Source: Planctomycetota bacterium
Lineage (GTDB): Bacteria; Planctomycetota; J058
Assembly: GCA_050186825.1 (NCBI GenBank)
Contig: JBFWYD010000031.1
Location: 1-43,998, forward strand
Direction of reading: 5' to 3'
Length of the DNA: 43,998 nucleotides
The notes below the pieces were generated by a model. It worked only from the letters and a program-made list of their open reading frames with translations, had not been told where the DNA came from and made no database searches. Shown here one piece after another: positions 8,178-16,486 of this stretch. The position numbers and the translations under genes are program-made. How positions within the stretch are numbered: the stretch's first letter is position 1; each line of letters starts with the position of its first letter.

Positions 8178-9221
8178 TCAGCGGCCCTTGTGGCCGGGGC
8201 CGAAGCCGAAGCCGAAGGCGCCGAACTCCTGCTTGGCCCGGCGGACGGTGCTCCGCCGCGACTCGTCGGGCTCGGCGGCCTTGGCCGGCGCGGGCGCGGC
8301 GGGCTCTTCGGCCACGACCTCTGGCTCGGGTTCGGCCTTGGGCTCGAGCTCGGCCACGCGCTCGGCCAGCTGCGCCCGCTCCAGGGTCAGCTCGGCCAGC
8401 TGCTTGGCGTCGGCCTCGCGGGCCTGGTGCAGCTCGGCCGCCTCGCGGCGGGCCGCCTCGGCCTGGGCGCGCAGCGCGGTCAGGTCCTCGGCCAGGCTCG
8501 CGCAGCGCTTGAGGTAGGTGTCGCGCTCCTCGCGGAACTGGTCGCGCTCGCGGCGCATCCCGTCGCGCTCCTGGCGGAGCTGCTCGCGCTCGCTCGCCAT
8601 GGCGTCGCGCTCGTCCACGGTCCGGTCGCGCTCGTCTCGGAACTGCTCCAGGTCGTGGCGCAGGGCCTCGACCTCGCTCTCGAGCCGGTCGCGCTCGCGC
8701 TCGAGCTTGTCCCGCTCGGACTGGATCGAGCCCAGGTTCCCCTCGAGGTCCGCGTTGCGCCCCAGCTCCTCGTCCAGCCGCTCGCGCGCGCTGGTCTGGA
8801 GCCGCTTGAGGTTCTTCTCCAGCGAGCCGATCTGCGCGCGCAGCCGGGCCCGCTCGGCCAGCAGCTCGCGGATGTCCTGCTCCTGGAGCTTCTCGCCCGC
8901 CTCGCGGCCGAGGGCCTGGCACACCTCGTCGACCGCCGCCTGCAGCCGGCCGCGCTCGGCCTCGACCAGGCCCTTGGCGTGCTCGAGCTCCTTCTTCTCC
9001 TTGCCGAGCTTGGCGTTCTCCTGGAGCAGCCGCTCCACCCGCCGCTGGGCCGCGTCCTCGTCGCTGCTCGCGCCCTCCTGCTTGAGCTTCCCCAGGAGCT
9101 CGATCAGCTGGCTGCGCTCGATCACGCGCACGTTGTCGACCTTGGCCTTGCGCAGCTCGCGCACGTTCAGCGTGCGGGTGGCGGAGCGCAGCGCGCCGGA
9201 CAGCTCGTCGTCGAAGCTCAT
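8178..9221 (-). CDS. long coiled-coil protein with acidic Pro/Glu-rich C-terminal region and a GFGFGPG terminal motif
   Basis: 347 aa from ATG 9221-9219 with a strong RBS GGAGGAGGAAGG. About 250 aa of continuous heptad-rich E/R/L/Q/D coiled coil (ERDKLERERDRLESEVEALRHDLEQFRDERDR...) are followed by EPKAEPEPEVVAEEPAAPAPAKAAEPDES and RRAKQEFGAFGFGFGPGHKGR. The upstream 139 codons of the tracker ORF are Arg/Ala/Pro junk. Confidence 0.6.
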   Translation of the reverse strand: MSFDDELSGALRSATRTLNVRELRKAKVDNVRVIERSQLIELLGKLKQEGASSDEDAAQRRVERLLQENAKLGKEKKELEHAKGLVEAERGRLQAAVDEVCQALGREAGEKLQEQDIRELLAERARLRAQIGSLEKNLKRLQTSARERLDEELGRNADLEGNLGSIQSERDKLERERDRLESEVEALRHDLEQFRDERDRTVDERDAMASEREQLRQERDGMRRERDQFREERDTYLKRCASLAEDLTALRAQAEAARREAAELHQAREADAKQLAELTLERAQLAERVAELEPKAEPEPEVVAEEPAAPAPAKAAEPDESRRSTVRRAKQEFGAFGFGFGPGHKGR

Positions 9222-9283
9222 GGCCTTCCTCCTCCAGGTCCGCCCGGTGACCTCCCGGTCCCGAGCGCTCGCTGTGTTCCTCT

Positions 9284-9335
9284 CGGAAAATTCATGAGTC
9301 GGCTTGTGGGGGATTTCGAAAAAATCACGAGGCCG
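9284..9335. promoter_or_regulatory. AT-rich patch with the near-palindrome GATTTCGAAAAAATC, in the divergent promoter region between the coiled-coil/MamK-like operon (minus) and the ABC transporter operon (plus)
   Basis: This is the only markedly AT-rich 50 nt in a ~390-bp divergent intergenic region (ggaaaattcatgagtcggcttgtgggggatttcgaaaaaatcacgagg). The dyad symmetry suggests an operator or -10/-35 context. No convincing TTGACA/TATAAT pair could be assigned. Confidence 0.25.
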
Positions 9336-9615
9336 CTCCCAGAGCGGGTCCGCGCGCATCGCCGGGGCCTCGGGGCCGTCGCTTCGCCGCACAGGTCCTC
9401 CCCGCCAGGGCCCATCGCTCCGCCCCCGCGCGGGAGTCGATTGTTCAGGCGCATCCGACAGGGATGTGTGCAGTGTTCGGCCGACTGCACTGAGGCGACC
9501 GCCCATCGCCCTGGGCGCCGCTCGGCGCGCGGACCCACCCATCGCGGCGGGCGATGGGCGAAGGGCGCGGGTCGCCGCCGCCTGTGGGGACGACCCCAGG
9601 GAATAAGATCCCCGC

Positions 9616-11433
9616 GTGATCGAGGTCCAGGCCCTCACCCAGCGCTACGGGAGCTACGAGGCGGTCCGCGAGCTGAGCTTCGCCCTGGGCGCGGGGGAGG
9701 TGGTCGGCTTCCTCGGCCCCAACGGGGCGGGCAAGTCGACGACCCTCAAGGTGATCGCGAGCTTCCTGGCCCCGAGCGCCGGCCGGGTCAGCGTCGGGGG
9801 CTGCGACGTGGCCCGCGACCCCCTCGGGGTCCGGGCCCGGCTGGGCTACCTGCCCGAGCACTGCCCCCTCTACGAGGAGATGCTCGCGCGCGAGCTGCTC
9901 GACTTCGCCGCGCGCGTCCGCGGCCTGAGCCGCGCCGAGCGCGCCGCGGCCCGCGCGCGCGTGGTCGAGCGCTGCCGGCTGGAGGAGGTGATCGAGCGCC
10001 CGGTCAGCGACCTGAGCAAGGGCTACCGCCAGCGCCTCGGGCTGGCGACCGCCCTCCTGCACGACCCCCGGATCCTGGTCCTCGACGAGCCGACCAGCGG
10101 GCTGGACCCGAACCAGGTGCTCGAGATGCGTGCGCTCGTGCGCGAGCTGGGCCAGGAGCGCACGGTCCTGTTCAGCAGCCACGTGCTCTCCGAGGTCGAG
10201 GCCACCTGCGAGCGCGTGGTCGTGATCCACCGCGGCCGCCTGGTCGCGGACGACGCGGTGGCGAGCCTGGCGCGGCGGATCACCGGAGGGGCGCTCGACG
10301 TCCGTGGGGCGGAGGCCGAGGCGGTCGCAGGCGTCCCAGGCGTGGCCGAGGCCGTGGCGCTCGCCGACGGGCGGGTGCGCGCGCGGCCGCGGGCCGGCGT
10401 CGAGGACCTCGCGGCGCGGCTGTTCCGCTGGGCGGCCGGGAGCGGCCGGGTGCTCGTGGAGATAGCGCCGCAGCGGGTCACGCTCGAGGACGTGTTCGCG
10501 GCGCTGACCGCGGATTCGAAGGCGGTCGCTCCGCAGGCTACGGGATCAGGAGCCGCGGAGGCGGCTCTCCCTAGCGCGGCGCAGAGCCGCAGAGCCGCAG
10601 AGGGGCCCTCGCAGGAGCCGGCGCGCGACTCGGAGACGCCGGATTCGCAGGCGGCGGCTACCGAAGCGGGGGGGACAGGAGCTGCGAAGGCGTTGGATTT
10701 CAGCGCAGAGATCGCAGAGAGCGCGGAGATCGGTGGGTGTGAGCGAAGGCGCGGCTCCGATCCGTCGGGTGAAGGAGAGAAAACGAGGGAGAGAGACTCG
10801 GATTCGGATTCGGCTTCGGACTCCCCCCCGGCCTCGGATGCGACCCCTCGCTCACACCCCGCGATCTCCGCGATCTCTGCGATCTCTGCGCTGAATATCA
10901 ACGCTGTCGCACCCCCTCACGACCCCGAGCTCGCAGCCCGCTCCGGCTGTGAGTCTCCGGGCTCGGTCTCGGACTCGGACTCGGTCTCGGACTCGGACTC
11001 GGACTCGGACTCGGTCTCGGACTCGGTCTCGGTCTCGGACTCGGACTCGGCCTCGGCCTCGGCCTCGGCCTCGGACTCGGCCTCGGCCTCGGCCTCGGAC
11101 TCGGACTCGGTCTCCGCCTCGGACTCGGACTCGGACTCGGACTCGGACTCGGACTCGGACTCGGTCTCGGACTCGGACTCGGACTCGGACTCGGACTCGG
11201 ACTCGGACTCGGACTCGGACTCGCCCTCGGACTCGCCCTCGGACTCGGACTCGCGCCCTCGCTCACACCCACCGATCTCCGCGGACTCTGCGATCTCTGC
11301 GCTGAATAACAACGCTGTCGCACACCCTCGCGATCCCGACCTCGCAACTCGCCCCCGCTCAGAGTCTCCGGCCTCGGCCTCGGCCTCGGCCTCGGACTCG
11401 GACTCGGCTTCGGACCCGGAGCGCCCCACGTGA
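9616..11433 (+). CDS. ABC transporter ATP-binding protein (GldA-like; ABC-2/gliding-motility-associated type) carrying a ~300-aa low-complexity C-terminal extension encoded by a repeat element
   Basis: Walker [11 protein letters not shown]-loop, ABC signature LSKGYRQRL, Walker [13 protein letters not shown] and H-loop SSHVL are all present. The ATPase fold ends near LEDVFAALT (about nt 10530). The ORF then continues without a stop through an inverted-repeat element and (GACTCG)n arrays that encode (SD)n, up to TGA 11431-11433, which overlaps the GTG of the next gene. Confidence 0.8.
   Translation: MIEVQALTQRYGSYEAVRELSFALGAGEVVGFLGPNGAGKSTTLKVIASFLAPSAGRVSVGGCDVARDPLGVRARLGYLPEHCPLYEEMLARELLDFAARVRGLSRAERAAARARVVERCRLEEVIERPVSDLSKGYRQRLGLATALLHDPRILVLDEPTSGLDPNQVLEMRALVRELGQERTVLFSSHVLSEVEATCERVVVIHRGRLVADDAVASLARRITGGALDVRGAEAEAVAGVPGVAEAVALADGRVRARPRAGVEDLAARLFRWAAGSGRVLVEIAPQRVTLEDVFAALTADSKAVAPQATGSGAAEAALPSAAQSRRAAEGPSQEPARDSETPDSQAAATEAGGTGAAKALDFSAEIAESAEIGGCERRRGSDPSGEGEKTRERDSDSDSASDSPPASDATPRSHPAISAISAISALNINAVAPPHDPELAARSGCESPGSVSDSDSVSDSDSDSDSVSDSVSVSDSDSASASASASDSASASASDSDSVSASDSDSDSDSDSDSDSVSDSDSDSDSDSDSDSDSDSPSDSPSDSDSRPRSHPPISADSAISALNNNAVAHPRDPDLATRPRSESPASASASASDSDSASDPERPT
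10540..11430. repeat. composite dispersed repeat (copy 1): unit A (~10540-10750), unit B (~10845-10975), (GACTCG)n-type hexanucleotide microsatellite arrays (~10958-11260 and ~11378-11425), and a second partial unit B (~11255-11385)
   Basis: Near-identical sequence (>90% by eye) recurs at 17735-18400. Unit A is gcagaggggccctc...gattcgcaggcggcggct(a/g)ccgaagcggggg...gttggatttcagcgcagagatcgcagagagcgcggagatcg. Unit B is cgc(t/c)cacaccc(a/g)ccgatctccgcg.actctgcgatctctgcgctgaata(t/a)caacgctgtcgcac.ccctc.cgatccc and occurs 3 times in the window. The tcggactcggac tracts are directly visible. Confidence 0.9.
10699..10895. repeat. ~50-bp imperfect inverted repeats flanking a ~95-nt loop (potential large hairpin of the MITE/RPE type)
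   Basis: The left arm (ttcagcgcagagatcgcagagagcgcggagatcggtgggtgtgagcgaagg) and right arm (cctcgctcacaccccgcgatctccgcgatctctgcgatctctgcgctgaa) are reverse complements with about 3 mismatches. The same architecture recurs at ~17897-18127. Confidence 0.8.
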
Positions 11434-13727
11434 GGGTCCCGCTGGCGATCGCGCGCCGCGAGCTAGGCGCCTTCTTCAAGCGACCCGCGGCCTGGGTGTT
11501 CCTGGCGGCCTTCCTGCTCGTGAGCACCGTGCTCGGGCTGCGCGGCTTCTTCGAGCGCGGGGTCTCGGACCTGCGCGACTACTTCCTCGGGCTGCGCTAC
11601 GCCTTCGTGCTGCTCGCGCCCGCGGCCGCCATGCGCCTGTGGGCCGAGGAGCGCCGGGCGCGGACCCTCGAGCTCCTGTTCTCGCTGCCCGTCTCGCCCG
11701 CGCAGGCCGTGCTCGGCAAGTACCTCGCCGGGGCCGCGGTGCTCCTGATCGCGCTCGCGCTCGGCGCGTGCCTCCCGCTGAGCCTCGCGCCCTACGCCAG
11801 CTTCGACGCGGGGCAGCTCGCGGCGGGCTACCTGGGCGCCTTCCTGGTCGCGGCCACCTACCTCGCGCTCGGGACCCTCGGCTCCGCGCTCAGCTCGAGC
11901 CAGGAGGTCGCCTTCCTGAGCGGAGCCCTGGCCTGCCTGCTGCTCAACCTGCTCGGCGACCCGCTCCTGACCGAGCGCGCGGCGGCCTACCTGCCCGAGC
12001 CCTGGGTGCGCGCCGCCGCGCGCTTCGCGGTGGGCGAGCACTTCGACGCCCTGACCCGCGGCGTGCTCGAGGCGCGCAGCCTGGCCTACTTCGGCGGCGT
12101 GAGCGCGCTGGCCCTGTTCCTGACCGTGCTCCTGGTCGAGCGCCGCTCGCGCGGGCGGGCCGAGGCCGCGCTGGCCGCCGTGCTGGCGCTCGCGGCGCTC
12201 GGGCTGTGGCTCGACCTCAGCGCGCAGCGCGCGCTCGCCGCGCGCGTCGACCTGACCGTCGAGCGGCGCAACTCGCTCGCGCCGCCGACCCGGGCGCTGC
12301 TCGCGCGCGTGCGCGACACCCTGGTGGTCCGGGCCTACCTCTCGCAGCACAAGCTGCCCGAGGCCACCCGGCCGGCCACGCGCCGGCTGCTCGACCTGCT
12401 CGAGGACCTCGAGGCCGCGGGCGGCGGTAAGGTCAAGCTCGAGGTCGTGGACCCGGTCACCCCCGAGCTCCAGGCGGCCGCCGAGCGCGAGGGCGTCGAG
12501 CGCTGCCAGTCGGAGATCGGCGGCGACCTGCGCACGCTCTACGCCGGCGTGGTCCTCTTCTACGGCGGGCGCCCCCCGGCCGCGATCCCGGTGGCGATCG
12601 ACCCGCGCCGCAACCTCGAGGTCGACCTCGCCCAGGCGATCCGCGGCCTGCTCACGCCGCGCCCGCGGGTCGGCGTGGCCGGGCTGGGCCGCGAGCAGTA
12701 CGAGGAGGCCCTGGCCCCGCTCCGCAAGGTGGCGACCGTCGAGGCGCTCGACCTCGCCCGGCTCAAGGCCGTCCCCGAGGGGATCGCGGCCCTGATCTAC
12801 ACCGCGCCCGTCCCCCCGCGCGAGCGCGAGGTCTACGTGCTCGACCAGTACCTCCAGCGCGGCGGGCGCCTGCTGCTCCTGCTCGAGGGCTACGGCCAGC
12901 CGCCCCAGGACCCCTGGCTGCGGCATCCCTTCGAGCTCGGCGCGCTCCAGCGCGCCCTCGAGGCCTGGGGCGTGCGCACGAGCCCCGCGCTCGTGGTCGC
13001 GGCCTCGCGCCGGACCTACACGATCCAGACCGAGCGCGGCCGCGTGCAGGCGGCCTACCCCTGGTTCCTGATCCCCACCCAGGGGACCCTCGGTCCGACC
13101 AACACCGCGGTGCTGCCCTTCGCGGTCGAGGTCGAGGCCCCGAAGGGCGAGGTCCTGCTCGCGACCGAGCCGGGCTGGGCGCTGCCCGGCCAGCAGCGGG
13201 TCGAGCCCACGCGCGCGCTCCAGCTCCCGGGCGACGAGCGCCGCCCGCGCGCGCTGGCGGTGGGCGTGCGCGGCGAACTCCTGAGCCCGTGGGCCGGCGG
13301 CCCGGGGCCGGTGCTCCTGCCCGAGGCCGAGGGCGGCGAGGACCCGCTCGCGATCCCGCTCGCGAAGCCCGCGGGCCCGGCCGCCCTGGCCGTGGTCGGC
13401 GACACCGACTTCCTGCGCCCGACCTTCGCCGCGCAGGGCCAGGCCGCCGCGCTCCTCCAGAACCTGGTCGAGTGGTGCCTCGACGACGGGGACCTGGCCC
13501 AGGTCCGCGCGCGGACCGCGCCGCCCGCCCTCAGCCAGGTGCCCGAGTCCGGGGTCGATCGGCGCGAGCTCTGGGCCTGGCGCTGGAACCTCGGCCTGGC
13601 CGCGCTAGTGCTCGCGGGCGGGCTGAGCTGGCTGGCCGCGCGGCGCGTGCGCCGCGATCGGGCCGCCAGCGCGCAGCGCGCGCGCCTCGCGCCACGCCCA
13701 GCGCCCCGGACCGGGGAGGCGGCGTGA
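11430..13727 (+). CDS. fusion of an ABC-2 family permease (GldF-like, N-terminal ~240 aa with 6 TM) and a GldG-like ABC-transporter auxiliary component (C-terminal ~520 aa with N- and C-terminal TM anchors)
   Basis: N-terminus [21 protein letters not shown]... with multiple hydrophobic helices, typical of an ABC-2 permease. It is followed by a TM anchor ([15 protein letters not shown]) and a long soluble domain, with a terminal anchor ([21 protein letters not shown]), as in GldG/ABC_transp_aux proteins. It sits immediately downstream of the ATPase with a 4-nt GTGA overlap. Confidence 0.75.
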   Translation: MRVPLAIARRELGAFFKRPAAWVFLAAFLLVSTVLGLRGFFERGVSDLRDYFLGLRYAFVLLAPAAAMRLWAEERRARTLELLFSLPVSPAQAVLGKYLAGAAVLLIALALGACLPLSLAPYASFDAGQLAAGYLGAFLVAATYLALGTLGSALSSSQEVAFLSGALACLLLNLLGDPLLTERAAAYLPEPWVRAAARFAVGEHFDALTRGVLEARSLAYFGGVSALALFLTVLLVERRSRGRAEAALAAVLALAALGLWLDLSAQRALAARVDLTVERRNSLAPPTRALLARVRDTLVVRAYLSQHKLPEATRPATRRLLDLLEDLEAAGGGKVKLEVVDPVTPELQAAAEREGVERCQSEIGGDLRTLYAGVVLFYGGRPPAAIPVAIDPRRNLEVDLAQAIRGLLTPRPRVGVAGLGREQYEEALAPLRKVATVEALDLARLKAVPEGIAALIYTAPVPPREREVYVLDQYLQRGGRLLLLLEGYGQPPQDPWLRHPFELGALQRALEAWGVRTSPALVVAASRRTYTIQTERGRVQAAYPWFLIPTQGTLGPTNTAVLPFAVEVEAPKGEVLLATEPGWALPGQQRVEPTRALQLPGDERRPRALAVGVRGELLSPWAGGPGPVLLPEAEGGEDPLAIPLAKPAGPAALAVVGDTDFLRPTFAAQGQAAALLQNLVEWCLDDGDLAQVRARTAPPALSQVPESGVDRRELWAWRWNLGLAALVLAGGLSWLAARRVRRDRAASAQRARLAPRPAPRTGEAA

Positions 13728-15166
13728 GGCAGCTGCTCTCCCGTCGCGCCCTCTCCGGCCGCGTCCTCGCGCTGGCCGCGCTCGTGGCCCTGCTGGCCGG
13801 GGCCCGCGCGCTGGTGTGGGCCACGGCCCGCCCGCGCGACCGCGACGTGGGGGCGCTGCTCCTCGACTTCGACCCCGCGCAGGTCCAGGCGATCGAGCTC
13901 CAGCGCGGCGCCGACCGGGTCCGGCTCGAGCGCGCCGGGGCGGGCTGGGTGGTCGCGAGCCACGGCGGGCTGCCGGCCCGCGAGCGCGCGCCCGAGCTCC
14001 TGCTCGAGCGGCTGCGCGGCTGGCGGATCGAGCGCCTGGCTGGCGACGACCCCGCCCGCCACGCGGCCTGGATGGTCGACGCCGCGCAGGCCCGCCAGGT
14101 CCGGCTGCTCGCGGGCGACGGGCGGCGGCTGGCCGAGGTGTGGGTCGGCCGGGTCACGGGGATCGCGGCCGACCTGGTGCGCGAGCAGGGCTTCCGGATC
14201 GACCTCGACAAGCTCGGTCTGTTCGTCCGCCGCCTCGGCGCTCCCCCCCTCGGCCTCGGCCCCCTCGGATCGGGCGCCGACGCTTCGGACGGCGGGGCCG
14301 ACCCGCGCACCTTCGTGGTCAACGACTTCCTGACCCGCGAGCTCGACCCGCGCCCCGAGGTGTGGTTCGTGCGCCCGCTGGTGCGCGGGTCGCGCGAGCG
14401 CGCCTCGCGCCTCGTGGTCCGCCGGCCGGGCGCGCCCCCCCTCGACCTGCGCCTGACGCCCCCCCCGCACATCGAGGGCGAGGCCCGCCCCATCGACTTC
14501 CCGCGCGCCTTCGGGGCCCTGACCGCCCTGTTCCTGCTCGAGGCGCTGGGCCCGGCGGGAGGGGCCCCACCCCCCGACGCCATCGAGCTCGAGCTCGAGG
14601 TCCAGGGCGAGGCCCCGCAGCGGCTCCGGCTCTGGTCGCGCGGGGCGCGCTGGTTCCTCGCCACCGAGCAGCTCGCGGTCGAGGTGCGCGCCGGCGACGC
14701 GGCCCAGGCCGCCGCGCTCACCCGCCGCGAGGCGCTGCTCGCGCGCGAGCTGCTGCGCCTGGTCCCCGACCAGATCTCGCGGCTCCACTGGCAGCGCGGC
14801 GCCGAGGAGCGCAGCCTCGTGCGCCATCTCGACCGCCCCTGGGACGGGATCGCCACGGGCTGGTGGCATCCCCTCGCCGCGCGCGAGGTCGAAGCCGCCC
14901 AGGGGACCGCGCTGCTGACCTCCCTGTGCGCGCTGCGCCTCGCCGACTGGATCGTGGACCCGGCCGAGCTCGCGCGCGCGCTGGGGCCCGAGCCCGACGT
15001 CCTGGCCCTGAGCGGCAGCGTCGGGCGCGAGGAGCTGCGCTTCGGCCCGGTCCAGGACGGCCGGCGCGCCTGCACCACCTCGCGCCTCCCCGGCGCCGGC
15101 GGCTGGGTGGACGCGGCGGCCGTCGACGCGCTCTGGTCGCGCCTGCGCGCGCTGACCGGGGACTGA
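13724..15166 (+). CDS. DUF4340-like protein (commonly encoded downstream of GldG-like auxiliary components), N-terminal signal-anchor
   Basis: The GTG at 13724 overlaps the upstream TGA (GTGA), with a GGGGAGG RBS 5 nt upstream. The N-terminal hydrophobic anchor is VLALAALVALLAGARALVW. The composition is protein-like despite being Arg/Ala/Leu-rich. The family assignment is by genomic context and rough resemblance only. Confidence 0.5.
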   Translation: MRQLLSRRALSGRVLALAALVALLAGARALVWATARPRDRDVGALLLDFDPAQVQAIELQRGADRVRLERAGAGWVVASHGGLPARERAPELLLERLRGWRIERLAGDDPARHAAWMVDAAQARQVRLLAGDGRRLAEVWVGRVTGIAADLVREQGFRIDLDKLGLFVRRLGAPPLGLGPLGSGADASDGGADPRTFVVNDFLTRELDPRPEVWFVRPLVRGSRERASRLVVRRPGAPPLDLRLTPPPHIEGEARPIDFPRAFGALTALFLLEALGPAGGAPPPDAIELELEVQGEAPQRLRLWSRGARWFLATEQLAVEVRAGDAAQAAALTRREALLARELLRLVPDQISRLHWQRGAEERSLVRHLDRPWDGIATGWWHPLAAREVEAAQGTALLTSLCALRLADWIVDPAELARALGPEPDVLALSGSVGREELRFGPVQDGRRACTTSRLPGAGGWVDAAAVDALWSRLRALTGD

Positions 15167-15268
15167 AACCGGCTCGCGGGCTCCGACCCCGAGCGCTGCG
15201 TGCGACCGGGAGGCGTGGTCCACTCGTGCCCGCGGAGCCGGTCTCTCGCCCTCCGCCGAGGAGTCCGC

Positions 15269-16477
15269 ATGGTTCGGTGGTTCGAGCTGGGCCTGGCGCT
15301 GTTCGTGGTGCTCCTGGCCGCGGCGGCCCTGCTCGAGGTCACGCGCCGCGCGGGCCCGCGCGAGCCGCAGGAGCTCGAGGTCGAGCTGTGGCTCGACCCC
15401 AACCAGGCCGCCGCGGCGCAGGCCACGAGCGTGCACCTGGCCGGCGAGTTCAACGACTGGAGCCAGACGGCCTCCCCGCTCGAGCGCGGCCCCGACGGCG
15501 TGTGGCGGATCACCGTCCGCCTCCGTCCGGGCGTCTACCGCTACAAGTTCGTGGCGGGCGAGCGCTGGGTCTCGGACCCGCACAACCCGCTGCGCGAGCC
15601 CGGCGGGCATCGCAACTCGGTGCTCGTCGTCGGCTGTGTGCCGGTCCCGGACCTCGGCAGGGAGGCCGAGCCGCGCCCCCGCGAGGGGCGCCCCGGCGCC
15701 TTCCAGCGGGTCGAGGCGGCCGTGCTGCCCGCGCCGCCCGGGGGCCTCGAGCCGCGCCCGCTCTACGTCTACCTCCCGCCGAGCTACGAGCGAGAGCCCG
15801 CGCGCCGCTACCCCGTCCTCTACCTGCACGACGGCCAGAACGTGTGGTCGGACCCCGACGGCTGCTTCGGGCACGGGGGCTGGTACCTGGACACCACCTG
15901 CGAGCGGCTGTGGCGCGAGGGCGCGCTGCCCGAGCTGATCCTGGTCGGGGTCCCCAACAGCCCCGCGCGGATGCGCGAGTACGCGCCCGACCTCGCCGAG
16001 CCGCGGGCCGCGCCCTACCTGCGCTACCTGGTCGAGGTCGTGAAGCCCTTCGTCGACGGCCGCTACCGGACGCGCCCCGAGCGCGCGCACACCGCCATCA
16101 TGGGCAGCTCCCTCGGCGGGCTGATCTCCTTCGTGGGCGCGCTCTCCTACCCGGAGGTGTTCGGGCAGGCCGCCTGCCTCTCGTCGAGCTTCTGGTTCGA
16201 GGACGCGGGTGGCCGCGACGCCTTCGAGCTGCTCGCGCGGACGGGCCGCCCCGAGGTGCGCCTCTACGTGGACTCCGGTACGGCCGGCCCCAGCCAGGAC
16301 GGCGCGCCCGGCACGCGCAAGATGGCGGAGGCCTTGCGCGCGGCCGGCTGGGAGGGGCCCGCCTTCGAGCACTTCGAGGCCGAGGGCGCGACCCACGACG
16401 AGGGCGCCTGGCGCGCGCGCGCCGAGCGCCCGCTGCGCTTCTTGTTCCCCGTCGCGGCGGGTGGTCAGGGGGGGTAG
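15269..16477 (+). CDS. secreted/membrane-anchored esterase (putative esterase / esterase-D / enterochelin-esterase-like alpha/beta hydrolase) with an N-terminal CBM48/E-set-like carbohydrate-binding module
   Basis: ATG with a GAGGAG RBS, then a signal/anchor (MVRWFELGLALFVVLLAAAALL). The CBM48-like block is SVHLAGEFNDWSQ...GVWRITVRLRPGVYRYKFVAGERWVSDPHNP. The esterase hallmarks are YVYLPPSY...RYPVLYLHDGQN and a GSSLGG nucleophile elbow (GxSxG). Confidence 0.75.
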   Translation: MVRWFELGLALFVVLLAAAALLEVTRRAGPREPQELEVELWLDPNQAAAAQATSVHLAGEFNDWSQTASPLERGPDGVWRITVRLRPGVYRYKFVAGERWVSDPHNPLREPGGHRNSVLVVGCVPVPDLGREAEPRPREGRPGAFQRVEAAVLPAPPGGLEPRPLYVYLPPSYEREPARRYPVLYLHDGQNVWSDPDGCFGHGGWYLDTTCERLWREGALPELILVGVPNSPARMREYAPDLAEPRAAPYLRYLVEVVKPFVDGRYRTRPERAHTAIMGSSLGGLISFVGALSYPEVFGQAACLSSSFWFEDAGGRDAFELLARTGRPEVRLYVDSGTAGPSQDGAPGTRKMAEALRAAGWEGPAFEHFEAEGATHDEGAWRARAERPLRFLFPVAAGGQGG

Positions 16478-16486
16478 CTTCGACGC

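Noticed and set aside
7336-8517. 393-aa and 381-aa plus-strand ORFs (7336..8517, 7367..8512)
   Set aside because: They are antisense to the coiled-coil genes and rich in poly-Arg/Ala/Pro/Ser. Heptad coiled-coil sequences are symmetric enough to give open antisense frames.
8190-10574. 794-aa plus-strand ORF spanning the coiled-coil gene (antisense), the divergent promoter region and the ABC ATPase (out of frame)
   Set aside because: It crosses an intergenic region and two real genes. The composition is junk (Leu/Gly/Arg/Pro runs).
10023-11527. Minus-strand ORFs over the SD-repeat region (10023..10901, 10917..11429, 10898..11527) and the plus ORF 10949..11305 encoding (RT)n
   Set aside because: These are alternative frames or the strand of the hexanucleotide microsatellite, which is stop-free in all six frames. 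Only the frame continuous with the ABC ATPase and ending at the coupled stop is supported.
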